A stretch of DNA of 64,000 nt from Oscillospiraceae bacterium (GTDB lineage Bacteria; Bacillota; Clostridia; Oscillospirales; Ruminococcaceae): the NCBI GenBank assembly GCA_017405465.1, contig JAFRAJ010000038.1, positions 5,360-69,359 of the forward strand, given 5' to 3'. This document shows positions 35,402 to 43,713 of the stretch, piece after piece (the stretch's first letter is position 1; the number at the start of each line of letters is the position of its first letter). The notes beneath the pieces are model-generated. The model made no database searches and was not told where the DNA came from. It worked only from the letters and a program-made list of their open reading frames with translations. Position numbers and translations under genes: made by a program.

Positions 35402-35983
35402 ATGCAGTCATTCACAGACAGAGAGTTTACAGATCTCAGATACAGCGCTGGAGACACTGTGTCGGATATGTCTTTCGACAACTGCTCGTTCAGGGAATGC
35501 GTGTTCGATGCGTGTACTTTCGAAAGGTGCGTATTCCACAACTGCAGCTTCACGAGCTGTTCTTTTGTAAGTCCGGTGCCCAGAAGCACTGATATGAGAT
35601 TCTGCAGTTTCAAAAGATGCAGTTTCATTGCAGTCGGCTTCATGAGCTTCGTAGATGACGAGTATATACGCGAACCGGTAAGCTCTCTGCAGGACTGCAG
35701 GATCAAATACTGCCGTTTCAACGATATGTCTTTCTCGGGATATGATTTCAGCAGCAACGAATTTTCTAAGTGCGAGTTCAGTGAGTGCAATCTGAGCAAG
35801 GCAGTATTTGCAAGGTGCAGACTTGAGGAGACCAGCTTCTCAAATTCCGACTTGAGAGGAGCTGACTTCCGCCGTGCTGACGGTTATGTCATAGACATAC
35901 ACAACAACAAGCTTAAGGGAGCTAAGTTCTCGTCGCCGGAAGCGCTGGATCTGCTCGCGTCTCTGCAGATAGAGATCGAGTAA
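35402..35983 (+). CDS. Pentapeptide-repeat protein (Qnr/MfpA-like size and architecture)
   Basis: 193 aa made of A(D/N)(L/F)xx-type repeats (FDNCSFRECVFDACTFERCVFHNCSF...). C-terminal LRGADFRRADGY..NKLKGAKFS tail. Confidence 0.8.
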   Translation: MQSFTDREFTDLRYSAGDTVSDMSFDNCSFRECVFDACTFERCVFHNCSFTSCSFVSPVPRSTDMRFCSFKRCSFIAVGFMSFVDDEYIREPVSSLQDCRIKYCRFNDMSFSGYDFSSNEFSKCEFSECNLSKAVFARCRLEETSFSNSDLRGADFRRADGYVIDIHNNKLKGAKFSSPEALDLLASLQIEIE

Positions 35984-36008
35984 ACTGATAGTCAGCTGAT
36001 ATTACAGA

Positions 36009-36030
36009 AGCCCTGCCGTCAGGCAGGGCT
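36009..36030. terminator. Bidirectional hairpin between convergent genes
   Basis: AGCCCTGCC GTCA GGCAGGGCT. Confidence 0.6.
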
Positions 36031-36037
36031 TTCAACA

Positions 36038-36385
36038 TTATTCTGCACGGGTGCGCAGGACTTTTTCCATCGCCCTGCCTTTTGCCAGTTCATCGACAAG
36101 TTTGTCCAGCCTGCGTATGTTCTGCATAAGCGGATCCTCTATATCTTCTACACGGACTCCGCAGATCTTTCCCGTTATTAGTTCTGCGTTGGGGTTGATG
36201 CACGGAGCGCTGCGGAAGAAATCACCGTATGTCATCTCCATGTCTATCTTTGACATATCGTGCCCTGTGAGCCACTCAGTCACCCGGTCGACTTCTTCCT
36301 TTGACCTTCCTTTCTTCTCAGCTTTTGCAACGAGAAGAGGGTAGACCTTTGAAAGCTTCATATCAAATATACTTGCACGCGGCAT
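36038..36385 (-). CDS. DUF2200-family protein
   Basis: 115 aa. KVYPLLVAKAEKKGRSKEEVD..WLTG and ICGVRVEDIEDPLMQ..R.LDKLVDELAKG blocks are as remembered for DUF2200. Confidence 0.7.
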   Translation of the reverse strand: MPRASIFDMKLSKVYPLLVAKAEKKGRSKEEVDRVTEWLTGHDMSKIDMEMTYGDFFRSAPCINPNAELITGKICGVRVEDIEDPLMQNIRRLDKLVDELAKGRAMEKVLRTRAE

Positions 36386-36419
36386 GTTATCCCTCCGGAA
36401 TTTTAGACATGGTATTATC

Positions 36420-36917
36420 TTAGAATTTGCTCTCCGTTTTTTCTCCGCCGGTCAGCAGGGCTATCAGCTTGTCTGATTTTTCGAGTATGGCCAGATCCTC
36501 AGTGAACCAGGGAAGCTGCTTCAGCAGGTCAGCCAGCTCGTCTTTCCATTCAGGCAGAGGTTCGCCAAGAGTGCAGAAATGATGCTCGATGCAGTTCAGT
36601 ATACGTATGACCATCTCGTCTTCTTCGCAGAAGAGTATCTCGTCGATAAGACTCGGACCATCCTGAAAAGCGATCTCTTCGATCTCTCCGAATGGAGCGG
36701 AAAAGTGTCCGTAAGGACCATCAACGTCTTCCAGACTCTCAACACTTACGATTATGCTCTTCCAAACAAGGACCGCAGGAAACTGCAGGGCCTCTTCACT
36801 CACGCCGAACTCGTGTTCATCGTAGTCTATGCTGTTATGTGAGCATATCCCTTCATAGACGGTCCCGAACTTATCGGTCACCCTGACAGGCTTGCCTTCA
36901 AATCTGCTGATGTCCAT
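36420..36917 (-). CDS. Hypothetical protein
   Basis: Start chosen at MDISRFEGKP with GGAGG 6 nt upstream. The longer 37040 start would overlap a plus-strand promoter. Confidence 0.5.
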   Translation of the reverse strand: MDISRFEGKPVRVTDKFGTVYEGICSHNSIDYDEHEFGVSEEALQFPAVLVWKSIIVSVESLEDVDGPYGHFSAPFGEIEEIAFQDGPSLIDEILFCEEDEMVIRILNCIEHHFCTLGEPLPEWKDELADLLKQLPWFTEDLAILEKSDKLIALLTGGEKTESKF

Positions 36918-36982
36918 GCTGTGCCTCCGGCATCTGATGATATCTTTAGGATAACTCATACGGATATCCCATTCAATGCAGT

Positions 36983-37011
36983 TTGAGAACATATCCAATG
37001 GGTGGTATAAT
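36983..37011 (+). promoter_or_regulatory. Candidate extended -10 promoter for the small membrane-protein gene
   Basis: TTGAGA (36983-36988), 17-nt spacer, TGgTATAAT (37003-37011). Confidence 0.5.
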
Positions 37012-37069
37012 GCTAACTGTGCTTGGCTTTCTGTCAGCACAGTAATATTTTTTAAGGAAGGAAATCCGA

Positions 37070-37429
37070 ATGATACCGATCATATACAGGACTTACAAGT
37101 ACTCACCTCTGGCAACTTTTTTCTCAGCAGGCAGTTTTCTTCTGGCGTTCATGTTCATAATCGGCGCTGCAGCATCGTTTCATGACAGCATCGTCGGGGC
37201 TGTGATCCTGGGGATACTGGGACTTGCGTGCGCCTACGAGTGTTTTGCACATAAACTTGCTGACAAGATCGCAGAAAAGAACGGCAGGAAGAATATCGAG
37301 ACCAAGGCAAGATACGGATTCAGATATCTGCAGGAGCATCCGGAAGCATACGATTACATCGTTTCTGTAAATGAAGCTTTCAACAAGAAATATCAGCGAC
37401 TGGATGACGGTCAGATAGCAAAAAGATAA
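37070..37429 (+). CDS. Small membrane protein, unknown function
   Basis: 119 aa with two predicted TM helices followed by a charged tail. AAGGAAGGA RBS upstream. Confidence 0.55.
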   Translation: MIPIIYRTYKYSPLATFFSAGSFLLAFMFIIGAAASFHDSIVGAVILGILGLACAYECFAHKLADKIAEKNGRKNIETKARYGFRYLQEHPEAYDYIVSVNEAFNKKYQRLDDGQIAKR

Positions 37430-37494
37430 TAATCATATCCCCCGGAAAGATATTGACAACTGTCTTTGAGGGGGATATTCTTTATCATAGTAAA

Positions 37495-37765
37495 TCGGTA
37501 AACCGCTGATAAAGAGTAGTACCCTGACAGGACGGGGATACAGAGAGCTTCCGGCTGGTGGAAAGGAAGCATCCGCGTGCAGGCGAATGGACTTTTGAGG
37601 GCCGCTTCGATTCAAGGTAGAGGCGGACGGGAACCACGCCCGTTATCAATGTGGCGCGTATGATGGTACGCGAAGCGAGCGGACATTCGATGAGAATGTC
37701 AATTTGGGTGGTATCGCAGAAGTTTTTCAGGCTTTTGTCCCATTGGGGATGAAAGCCTTTTTTAT
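37495..37765 (+). promoter_or_regulatory. T-box leader (tRNA-sensing riboswitch), probable Trp (UGG) specifier
   Basis: GA/K-turn-like TGATAAAGAGTAGTA, AGAGAG box (37541-37546), specifier context GCGAA-UGG-ACUUUUGAG (UGG at 37588-37590), T-box AATTTGGGTGGTATCGC (37701-37717), terminator AGGCTTT..AAAGCCT + T6 (37729-37764). Confidence 0.85.
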
Positions 37766-37816
37766 TTACTTTCCATCTGCCGCCGAAAACATTTCACATT
37801 TTAAGGAGAAAGAACA

Positions 37817-38818
37817 ATGAAAAAGCTAATCAGACTCATCTCGGCGGCGATGATCATCGCAATGGCGTTCTGCCTGGTATCCTGCGGCTCTTCCAAGGAG
37901 GAAGAACCGGAAACGAAGACTGTAAAAGCGGTCATAGTGAAACAGCTTGATCACGCATCTCTTGACGAGATCGCTGCAGCGATAGAAGCGCAGCTCAAAG
38001 CGGAAGCGGCAGCTGCAGGTGTCGTCATAGACATTGAAACGATATCCGGACAGAATGACCCGACAGCCATCAAACAGCTGGCAGAACAGGCTATAGCCAA
38101 GAATGCCGACGTCATCATCCCGATCGCTACGATGGCGGCTCAGATATGTGCTTCAAGCGCAGACGGAACCGGCATCCCTGTCATATATGCCGCTATCTCG
38201 GATCCGTACGGCGCAGGTCTTACCGGACTGGACAAGGTGTACGGCACCAGTGACGCTCTCAATACCGACACTATACTGCGCATGGTATTTGCTGCTGACT
38301 CCTCCGTCAGTAAGGTCGGATTGCTCTATTCACTGTCTGAGACGAACTCAGAGGTCCCGATCGCCGATGCCAAGGCAATACTTGACAGCAAAGGCATCGC
38401 ATATACAGAAGCTACCGCAGAGTCTCCTGATGAGGTCAGAGCCGCAGTTTCGCTGCTGATATCCGAGAATGTTGACGCCATATTCACGCCAACTGACAAC
38501 GTGATCATGGCTGCAGAGCTTGCGATCTATGAAGATCTTAAGGAAGCCGGAATACCCCACTATGCAGGAGCTGACTCCTTCGTGCGCAACGGCGCGTTTG
38601 CCACATGCGGAGTGAACTACACCGATCTCGGCAAGAAGACCGGAGAACTCGCATTCAAGGCTGCACTGGATCCCGACGTTTCTTTCGGCAGTGATTTCTA
38701 TCTCATGGACGGAGGTATCGTCACCGTCAATACTGAAACAGCGGAAGCGCTGGGGATCGATTACTCATCCTTCTCCGAGATAGGTGAAGTGATCGAAGTG
38801 ATTACTACAGAAGACTGA
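37817..38818 (+). CDS. ABC transporter substrate-binding lipoprotein (ABC_sub_bind / BMP-like family)
   Basis: Signal peptide with lipobox LVSCGSS. 333 aa. First gene after the T-box. Confidence 0.8.
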   Translation: MKKLIRLISAAMIIAMAFCLVSCGSSKEEEPETKTVKAVIVKQLDHASLDEIAAAIEAQLKAEAAAAGVVIDIETISGQNDPTAIKQLAEQAIAKNADVIIPIATMAAQICASSADGTGIPVIYAAISDPYGAGLTGLDKVYGTSDALNTDTILRMVFAADSSVSKVGLLYSLSETNSEVPIADAKAILDSKGIAYTEATAESPDEVRAAVSLLISENVDAIFTPTDNVIMAAELAIYEDLKEAGIPHYAGADSFVRNGAFATCGVNYTDLGKKTGELAFKAALDPDVSFGSDFYLMDGGIVTVNTETAEALGIDYSSFSEIGEVIEVITTED

Positions 38819-38829
38819 GAGGATATTTA

Positions 38830-39732
38830 ATGGAACGGATCATCAGGACTGCTCTTGAACTGGGGTTTGGATATGCGCCGGTAGCGCTGGCGCTCTTCCT
38901 GAGCTTCAGGGTCCTTGATATCGCTGATCTTGCAACTGACGGCTGCTTCGTGCTCGGAGCGGCCGTCTCGGTCAGGATGGCTGCGGCCGGGCATCCAGTG
39001 CTGGGCATGCTTCTGGCCATACCTGCAGGAATGCTGGTGGGCATAGTGAGCGCTGAACTTCAGACGAGGCTGGGGATCCCGTCGATACTCGCGGGGATCA
39101 TCGTGAATACAGCGCTCTATTCCGTGAACCTGATGGTCATGGGCTGGAGATCAAACGTCAACCTTATAAAAGAGGACAGTGTGTTTACTCTTTTCAAAAA
39201 AGTATTTCACAGCCCGTGGTCGGATCTCGTGATGCTGGCGGTCTTCCCGCTGTTTATAGCTCTGTTTCTCAGAGCATTCATGTCCACCAGGCTGGGGCTG
39301 TCCGTAAGAGCTACGGGAGATAATCCTGTCATGGTCAGGGCTTCTTCGATAGATACTTCTGCCATGATCAGGACAGGGCTGCTCATGTCTTCCGCGATGA
39401 CTGCGCTTTCAGGTGCAGCAATAGGACAGTATCAGAAGACCGTCGATATCAACAGCGGTACCGGCGTGGTAGTCATAGCGCTGGCGTGTCTGATCATAGG
39501 AGAGACGGTGCTGGGAAGAAGGAGCGTCGGAAAGGGCATAGCTGGAGCAGTGATCGGTTCCATCATATACAGATTCATATACGCTTTTGTCTTCTATACT
39601 CAGCTGGTGCCCGTGCAGTGCCTGAAACTGCTGACATCAGCGATCGTCGCGGCTGCGATAGCAATTCCGCATCTGCGTGAGGAACGCGCATCTGCTGCGG
39701 TAACGGATGTTGAGGAGGAAGAAGATGCTTGA
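38830..39732 (+). CDS. ABC transporter permease
   Basis: 300 aa polytopic membrane protein, adjacent to the SBP and ATPase genes. Confidence 0.8.
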   Translation: MERIIRTALELGFGYAPVALALFLSFRVLDIADLATDGCFVLGAAVSVRMAAAGHPVLGMLLAIPAGMLVGIVSAELQTRLGIPSILAGIIVNTALYSVNLMVMGWRSNVNLIKEDSVFTLFKKVFHSPWSDLVMLAVFPLFIALFLRAFMSTRLGLSVRATGDNPVMVRASSIDTSAMIRTGLLMSSAMTALSGAAIGQYQKTVDINSGTGVVVIALACLIIGETVLGRRSVGKGIAGAVIGSIIYRFIYAFVFYTQLVPVQCLKLLTSAIVAAAIAIPHLREERASAAVTDVEEEEDA

Positions 39733-40531
39733 AGTCAGAAAGATATCAAAGACGTTCCTCCCGGGTACGGTAAACGAGAAAAAGGCTCTTGACCGTGTAT
39801 CATTTTCAGCTCATGACGGGGAATTCATTACGGTCATAGGGTCGAACGGCGCAGGGAAGTCCACTCTTTTCGGAGCGATCGCCGGCTCGTTCCCGGTAGA
39901 CAGCGGTAAGATAATGCTGGACGGTGATGACATAACCCGCATGCCGGAATATAATAGGAGCAGATTCTTCGGAAGGCTGTTCCAGGATCCGATGGCGGGA
40001 ACTGCCCCGGGTCTCACCATAGAAGAGAATCTCTCGCTCGTCCTTCTGCAGGGAAGGAAAGGCGCTTCCGCTTTCTCTCGCATTGGAAGGGGAGACCGGG
40101 AGATGTTCCGGGAGAAACTTGCTGAACTGGGAATGGGTCTCGAGGATCGGCTGAAGCAGCCTGTCGGCCTGCTGTCGGGAGGACAGCGCCAGGCTCTGAC
40201 GCTCCTTCTTGCTACGCTGTATCCGCCTAAACTTCTCATGCTGGATGAACACACCGCTGCGCTGGATCCTGAATCTGCTTCGAGGATCATGAAACTCACA
40301 GAAAGCATCGTCAGAGACAGCGGAATCACGTGTATAATGATCACCCACAACATGCAGCAGGCTGTGGATACCGGTGACAGGACGTTCATAATGAGCGGAG
40401 GAAGGATTATCGCCGACATTTCCGGAGAAGAGAGAAGGAATATGGGAGTAGCGGAACTGACAGAACTGTTCCGCCGGTCCGCCGGAGGAGATTACGCCAA
40501 CGACAGGATGCTGCTGGCTGAGGAGCTTTGA
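39725..40531 (+). CDS. ABC transporter ATP-binding protein
   Basis: Start at MLEVRKISKTF (GAGGAGG RBS upstream). Walker A GSNGAGKST, LSGGQRQ, LLMLDEHTAALD. Confidence 0.85.
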   Translation: MLEVRKISKTFLPGTVNEKKALDRVSFSAHDGEFITVIGSNGAGKSTLFGAIAGSFPVDSGKIMLDGDDITRMPEYNRSRFFGRLFQDPMAGTAPGLTIEENLSLVLLQGRKGASAFSRIGRGDREMFREKLAELGMGLEDRLKQPVGLLSGGQRQALTLLLATLYPPKLLMLDEHTAALDPESASRIMKLTESIVRDSGITCIMITHNMQQAVDTGDRTFIMSGGRIIADISGEERRNMGVAELTELFRRSAGGDYANDRMLLAEEL

Positions 40532-40951
40532 ATGGAGATAAAGGTTTTCACATATCTTCCTGAAGATGCTGCGGATATACGCCGTGAAGTTTTCATGGAA
40601 GAGCAGGGATTCAGGGACGAGTTCGATGATACGGACGGCATCTGTGAGCATTATGTGCTGTACCTGGAAGACGGCACGCCTGCAGCAGTGTGCAGGACCT
40701 ACGATTCGGATGAAGAAGGGTGCAGCGTCATCGGAAGAGTCGCAGTGAGAAAACCGTACCGGAGAGAGGGCCTCGGCAGGAAGATGATAGCCTTTGCAGA
40801 AGAGCATCTCAGACAGAAAGGCATCAGACGCACCGTGCTGCACGCACAGACAGCAGCCTGCACATTCTACTCACCGATGGGATATTCTCCGTTTGGTGAG
40901 GAAGATGACGATGAAGGCGTCCCTCATATCTGGATGGAGAAGATGCTTTAG
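40532..40951 (+). CDS. GNAT-family N-acetyltransferase
   Basis: 139 aa with VAVRKPYRREGLGRKMI acetyl-CoA binding motif. The start abuts the ATPase stop. Confidence 0.8.
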   Translation: MEIKVFTYLPEDAADIRREVFMEEQGFRDEFDDTDGICEHYVLYLEDGTPAAVCRTYDSDEEGCSVIGRVAVRKPYRREGLGRKMIAFAEEHLRQKGIRRTVLHAQTAACTFYSPMGYSPFGEEDDDEGVPHIWMEKML

Positions 40952-40988
40952 TTTGCTGTGTGCCGCATATTTGGATTAAGTGTTTGTG

Positions 40989-41026
40989 ACAGGACTGTAT
41001 ATCTGCAGTCCTGTTTTTCTTTTTTG
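40989..41026 (+). terminator. Intrinsic terminator of the T-box-controlled operon
   Basis: ACAGGACTG..CAGTCCTGT hairpin followed by a long T-tract (TTTTTCTTTTTT). Confidence 0.8.
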
Positions 41027-41040
41027 GACCAGAAACGGTA

Positions 41041-41068
41041 TTGCAATAGTGCTGCCCTGCTGTATAAT
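41041..41068 (+). promoter_or_regulatory. Candidate sigma-A promoter of the lexA-like operon
   Basis: TTGCAA (41041-41046), 16-nt spacer, TATAAT (41063-41068). Confidence 0.55.
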
Positions 41069-41072
41069 AAAA

Positions 41073-41089
41073 GTGGACACAGTGTCCAC
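41073..41089 (+). promoter_or_regulatory. Perfect 8-1-8 palindrome at the predicted transcription start (candidate operator)
   Basis: GTGGACAC A GTGTCCAC lies immediately downstream of the -10 box and 24 nt upstream of the lexA-like start codon. Confidence 0.55.
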
Positions 41090-41112
41090 GATAGCGCGGA
41101 AAGGACATTCAT

Positions 41113-41739
41113 ATGAGAACGAAAGACACCGAACTGATGGAAAAGATCAGTGACTATATCGGAGAGTATTACAGGCACAATCACTGTTCGCCTGCAGTAA
41201 GGACGGTGGCTTCTGCAGTTGGCCTGTCAAAATCGGCAGTGCACAACTATCTTGTAGATATGGCAGAGAAGGGGATCCTTACATATTCAGGTGGTGAAGT
41301 CGGAGGACTTCCTAAGATCCGGAAGAGCGCAGGGGGCTATTTCTCAGCCCCGCTGGTAGGCAGTATCCGGTGCGGCGATCCGGAAAGGGAGGAGGAACAG
41401 GTCGAACTGTATGTCAGTCTGCCTGAAGCTCTGTTCGGCAAAGGCGAGTATTATCTGCTGAGAGCTGAAGGCGATTCCATGGAAGACGCGGGGATATCGG
41501 AAGGCGATCTTGTGCTCATAAGAAGACAGACTTCCTGCGAAGAAGGCGACATTGTCGTTGCTCTGGACGGAAACGGTGAGAATACCCTCAAGATATATGC
41601 AGGCACGGACGGATCCGGCAGCGGAGCAGTGCTGAAGTATGCCAATGAGAAGGCGTATCCGGGCAAAACGATCCTGGTGGACAGACTGGTGATCCAGGGC
41701 GTCGCGCGCAACGTGATCAGGGAACTGAGACGCAGTTGA
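41113..41739 (+). CDS. LexA-like repressor (wHTH + S24 peptidase domain)
   Basis: SPAVRTVASAVGLSKSAVHNYL..EKGIL HTH. LVGSIRCGDP cleavage-site region. GDSM serine and a lysine (TLKIY) form the S24 dyad. Confidence 0.8.
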   Translation: MRTKDTELMEKISDYIGEYYRHNHCSPAVRTVASAVGLSKSAVHNYLVDMAEKGILTYSGGEVGGLPKIRKSAGGYFSAPLVGSIRCGDPEREEEQVELYVSLPEALFGKGEYYLLRAEGDSMEDAGISEGDLVLIRRQTSCEEGDIVVALDGNGENTLKIYAGTDGSGSGAVLKYANEKAYPGKTILVDRLVIQGVARNVIRELRRS

Positions 41740-43139
41740 GCGGAAAAGTCTATATATGCGTCGACCTCAAATCCTTCTACGCTTCTGTGGAATGCGTGAG
41801 AAGGAAACTGGATCCCCTTAAGGCGGATCTGCTGGTGGCCGACGAATCACGCACCGACCAGACGATATGTCTGGCGGTGTCTCCTTCTCTGAAGGAGAAA
41901 GGCGTTCCTGCCAGACCCAGGCTCTTCGAAGCGAAACAGAAGATACGGGAGTACGAGAAGAGGACCGGCAGGAAACTGGATTACATAATCGCCAGACCGA
42001 GGATGGCCGATTATGAGAGAGTGTCCGCGCGTGTTTACGAGATCTATCTCAGATACGTGTCTGCGGAGGATGTGCACGTGTATTCCATCGACGAGTGCTT
42101 CATAGACTGCACCGGATACCTGCACCTCTACGAAGAGGAGGCGGAGAGGACGGGAACGAACTCTGCGAGAGTGATGGCAACGACGATGATCAGAGACGTG
42201 CTTGCCGATACGGGGATCACTGCGACTGTAGGGATCGGTACGAACCTGTATCTTGCCAAGGTCGCCATGGATATAGTCGCTAAGAAAGCTCCTCCTGACA
42301 GGGACGGAGTCAGGATCGCGGAACTGAATGAGGATTCCTACAAGTATCTGCTCTGGGATCACCGTCCGCTGACTGATTTCTGGCAGATAGGTGTCGGAAA
42401 GCAGAGAAGACTCAACAGGGCGTTCATGTATACCATGGCTGACATCGCGGAGAGATCCCAGCGCGATGAGGAGTATTTCTACAGAACCTTCGGGGTGGAC
42501 GGAGAGATAATCATAGATCATGCGTGGGGGATAGAACCGGTCACCATGAAGGACATCAAGGCATACCGCAGCTCGGGACACAGCCTGTCCAACGGACAGG
42601 TGCTGCCGAGACCGTATGCTTACAGCGAAGCCAGGGTCGTGTTTCGCGAGATGATAGAAACTCTTTGTGCTGACATGTTCGCAAAGCATCTTGTCACCTC
42701 ACGCTGTACCTGGTGGGTGGTATATGACTATAAGAGTCTGGAGAAGGTCCCGGATTACAGCGGACCGCTGAGCATGGACTTCTACGGCAGGATACACCCT
42801 TCTCACAGTGTAGGGACCGTCAGGCTTCCTTCTGACTCCAGCAGCATGGGCATCATAGCGGACCCGATGCTGAAACAGTTCGATGAGAAGACAGACCACA
42901 GGCTGCTCTACCGCAGGCTCGGAGTGAGCGCAGATGATGTGAGGGAGGACGCCGGGTACTTTCAGACTGACCTGTTCACGGACCAGGAAGCGGTCAGGAG
43001 GGAAAGACTGGTGCAGGGAGCCATGCTGGAAGTGAGGAACAGATACGGCCTCAACGCCCTTTTCCGCGGAATGAACATGCTGCAGGGAGCGACAGGACTT
43101 GAGAGAAACATGCAGATAGGGGGGCACAGGGCAGAGTGA
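41736..43139 (+). CDS. Y-family DNA polymerase (UmuC/UvrX/DinB-like)
   Basis: TTG start overlaps the lexA-like stop (TTGA). VYICVDLKSFYASVE catalytic motif and SIDECFID. Confidence 0.85.
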   Translation: MSGKVYICVDLKSFYASVECVRRKLDPLKADLLVADESRTDQTICLAVSPSLKEKGVPARPRLFEAKQKIREYEKRTGRKLDYIIARPRMADYERVSARVYEIYLRYVSAEDVHVYSIDECFIDCTGYLHLYEEEAERTGTNSARVMATTMIRDVLADTGITATVGIGTNLYLAKVAMDIVAKKAPPDRDGVRIAELNEDSYKYLLWDHRPLTDFWQIGVGKQRRLNRAFMYTMADIAERSQRDEEYFYRTFGVDGEIIIDHAWGIEPVTMKDIKAYRSSGHSLSNGQVLPRPYAYSEARVVFREMIETLCADMFAKHLVTSRCTWWVVYDYKSLEKVPDYSGPLSMDFYGRIHPSHSVGTVRLPSDSSSMGIIADPMLKQFDEKTDHRLLYRRLGVSADDVREDAGYFQTDLFTDQEAVRRERLVQGAMLEVRNRYGLNALFRGMNMLQGATGLERNMQIGGHRAE

Positions 43140-43167
43140 GAGCCTCCCTGACGAAAGGAGGCAGATC

Positions 43168-43713
43168 ATGAGCCCGATAGGTTATATGCGGATGCCTGAT
43201 GATTTCAGGTACAGGGAAATAGCGGTCAGAGGCAGACCGCAGCACAGAAGATTCGATGATTTTTCCATCAAACATCCTAGAATGGATACCGAACACAGGG
43301 CAAAGATATTCGCTCCTTTCGATGCACTGACCGGGTTCTCCGACGCGGTGGCGTCCAAGAGGACGGTATACAGTGAACGCGTGATGCAGGGCCCGGAAGA
43401 GATACTTGAAACAGACAGGAGACTTGCTGTCCTCTCCGGCCTCGTCAGGAACAGCAGAGAAGCAGCTGCGAACAGGGTGGAGATCAGTGTCACATACTTC
43501 AGAATATGCGATAATGAGAATGATCTTGCCTTCGGAATAAAGGGAAGATACCTGACGGCCAGAGGCATATGCCGCAGGATAGACAGGGAGACAGGACAGT
43601 ATATACAGGTGGACGACAGGAAGATACCGCTGGACGATGTCATCGGAATAGAATCGGAAAGCGGCATATTCGGGAACGCGGGAGAAGAGCTATGTGTACC
43701 AGATTCTATATAG
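43168..43713 (+). CDS. YolD-like protein (proposed UmuD-equivalent accessory factor)
   Basis: 181 aa with KIFAPFDALTGF matching the YolD-like W/F-x-PF-x-x-L core. Located directly after a Y-family polymerase, as with B. subtilis uvrX-yolD. Confidence 0.55.
   Translation: MSPIGYMRMPDDFRYREIAVRGRPQHRRFDDFSIKHPRMDTEHRAKIFAPFDALTGFSDAVASKRTVYSERVMQGPEEILETDRRLAVLSGLVRNSREAAANRVEISVTYFRICDNENDLAFGIKGRYLTARGICRRIDRETGQYIQVDDRKIPLDDVIGIESESGIFGNAGEELCVPDSI

Noticed and set aside
36918-37040. Longer start (37040) for the 36420 minus-strand ORF
   Set aside because: There is no RBS at that start, and the extension would overlap a good plus-strand promoter. The internal ATG at 36917 has GGAGG at proper spacing.
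39806-40843. 345-aa and 202-aa minus-strand ORFs opposite the ABC ATPase/GNAT genes
   Set aside because: These are shadow ORFs. The plus-strand genes carry Walker A/B, the ABC signature and GNAT motifs, while the minus-strand translations have none.
43569-43691. N-terminal extension of the SRAP ORF
   Set aside because: SRAP proteins require Cys at position 2 after Met removal. MCTRF at 43692 satisfies this, and the extension overlaps the yolD-like gene.
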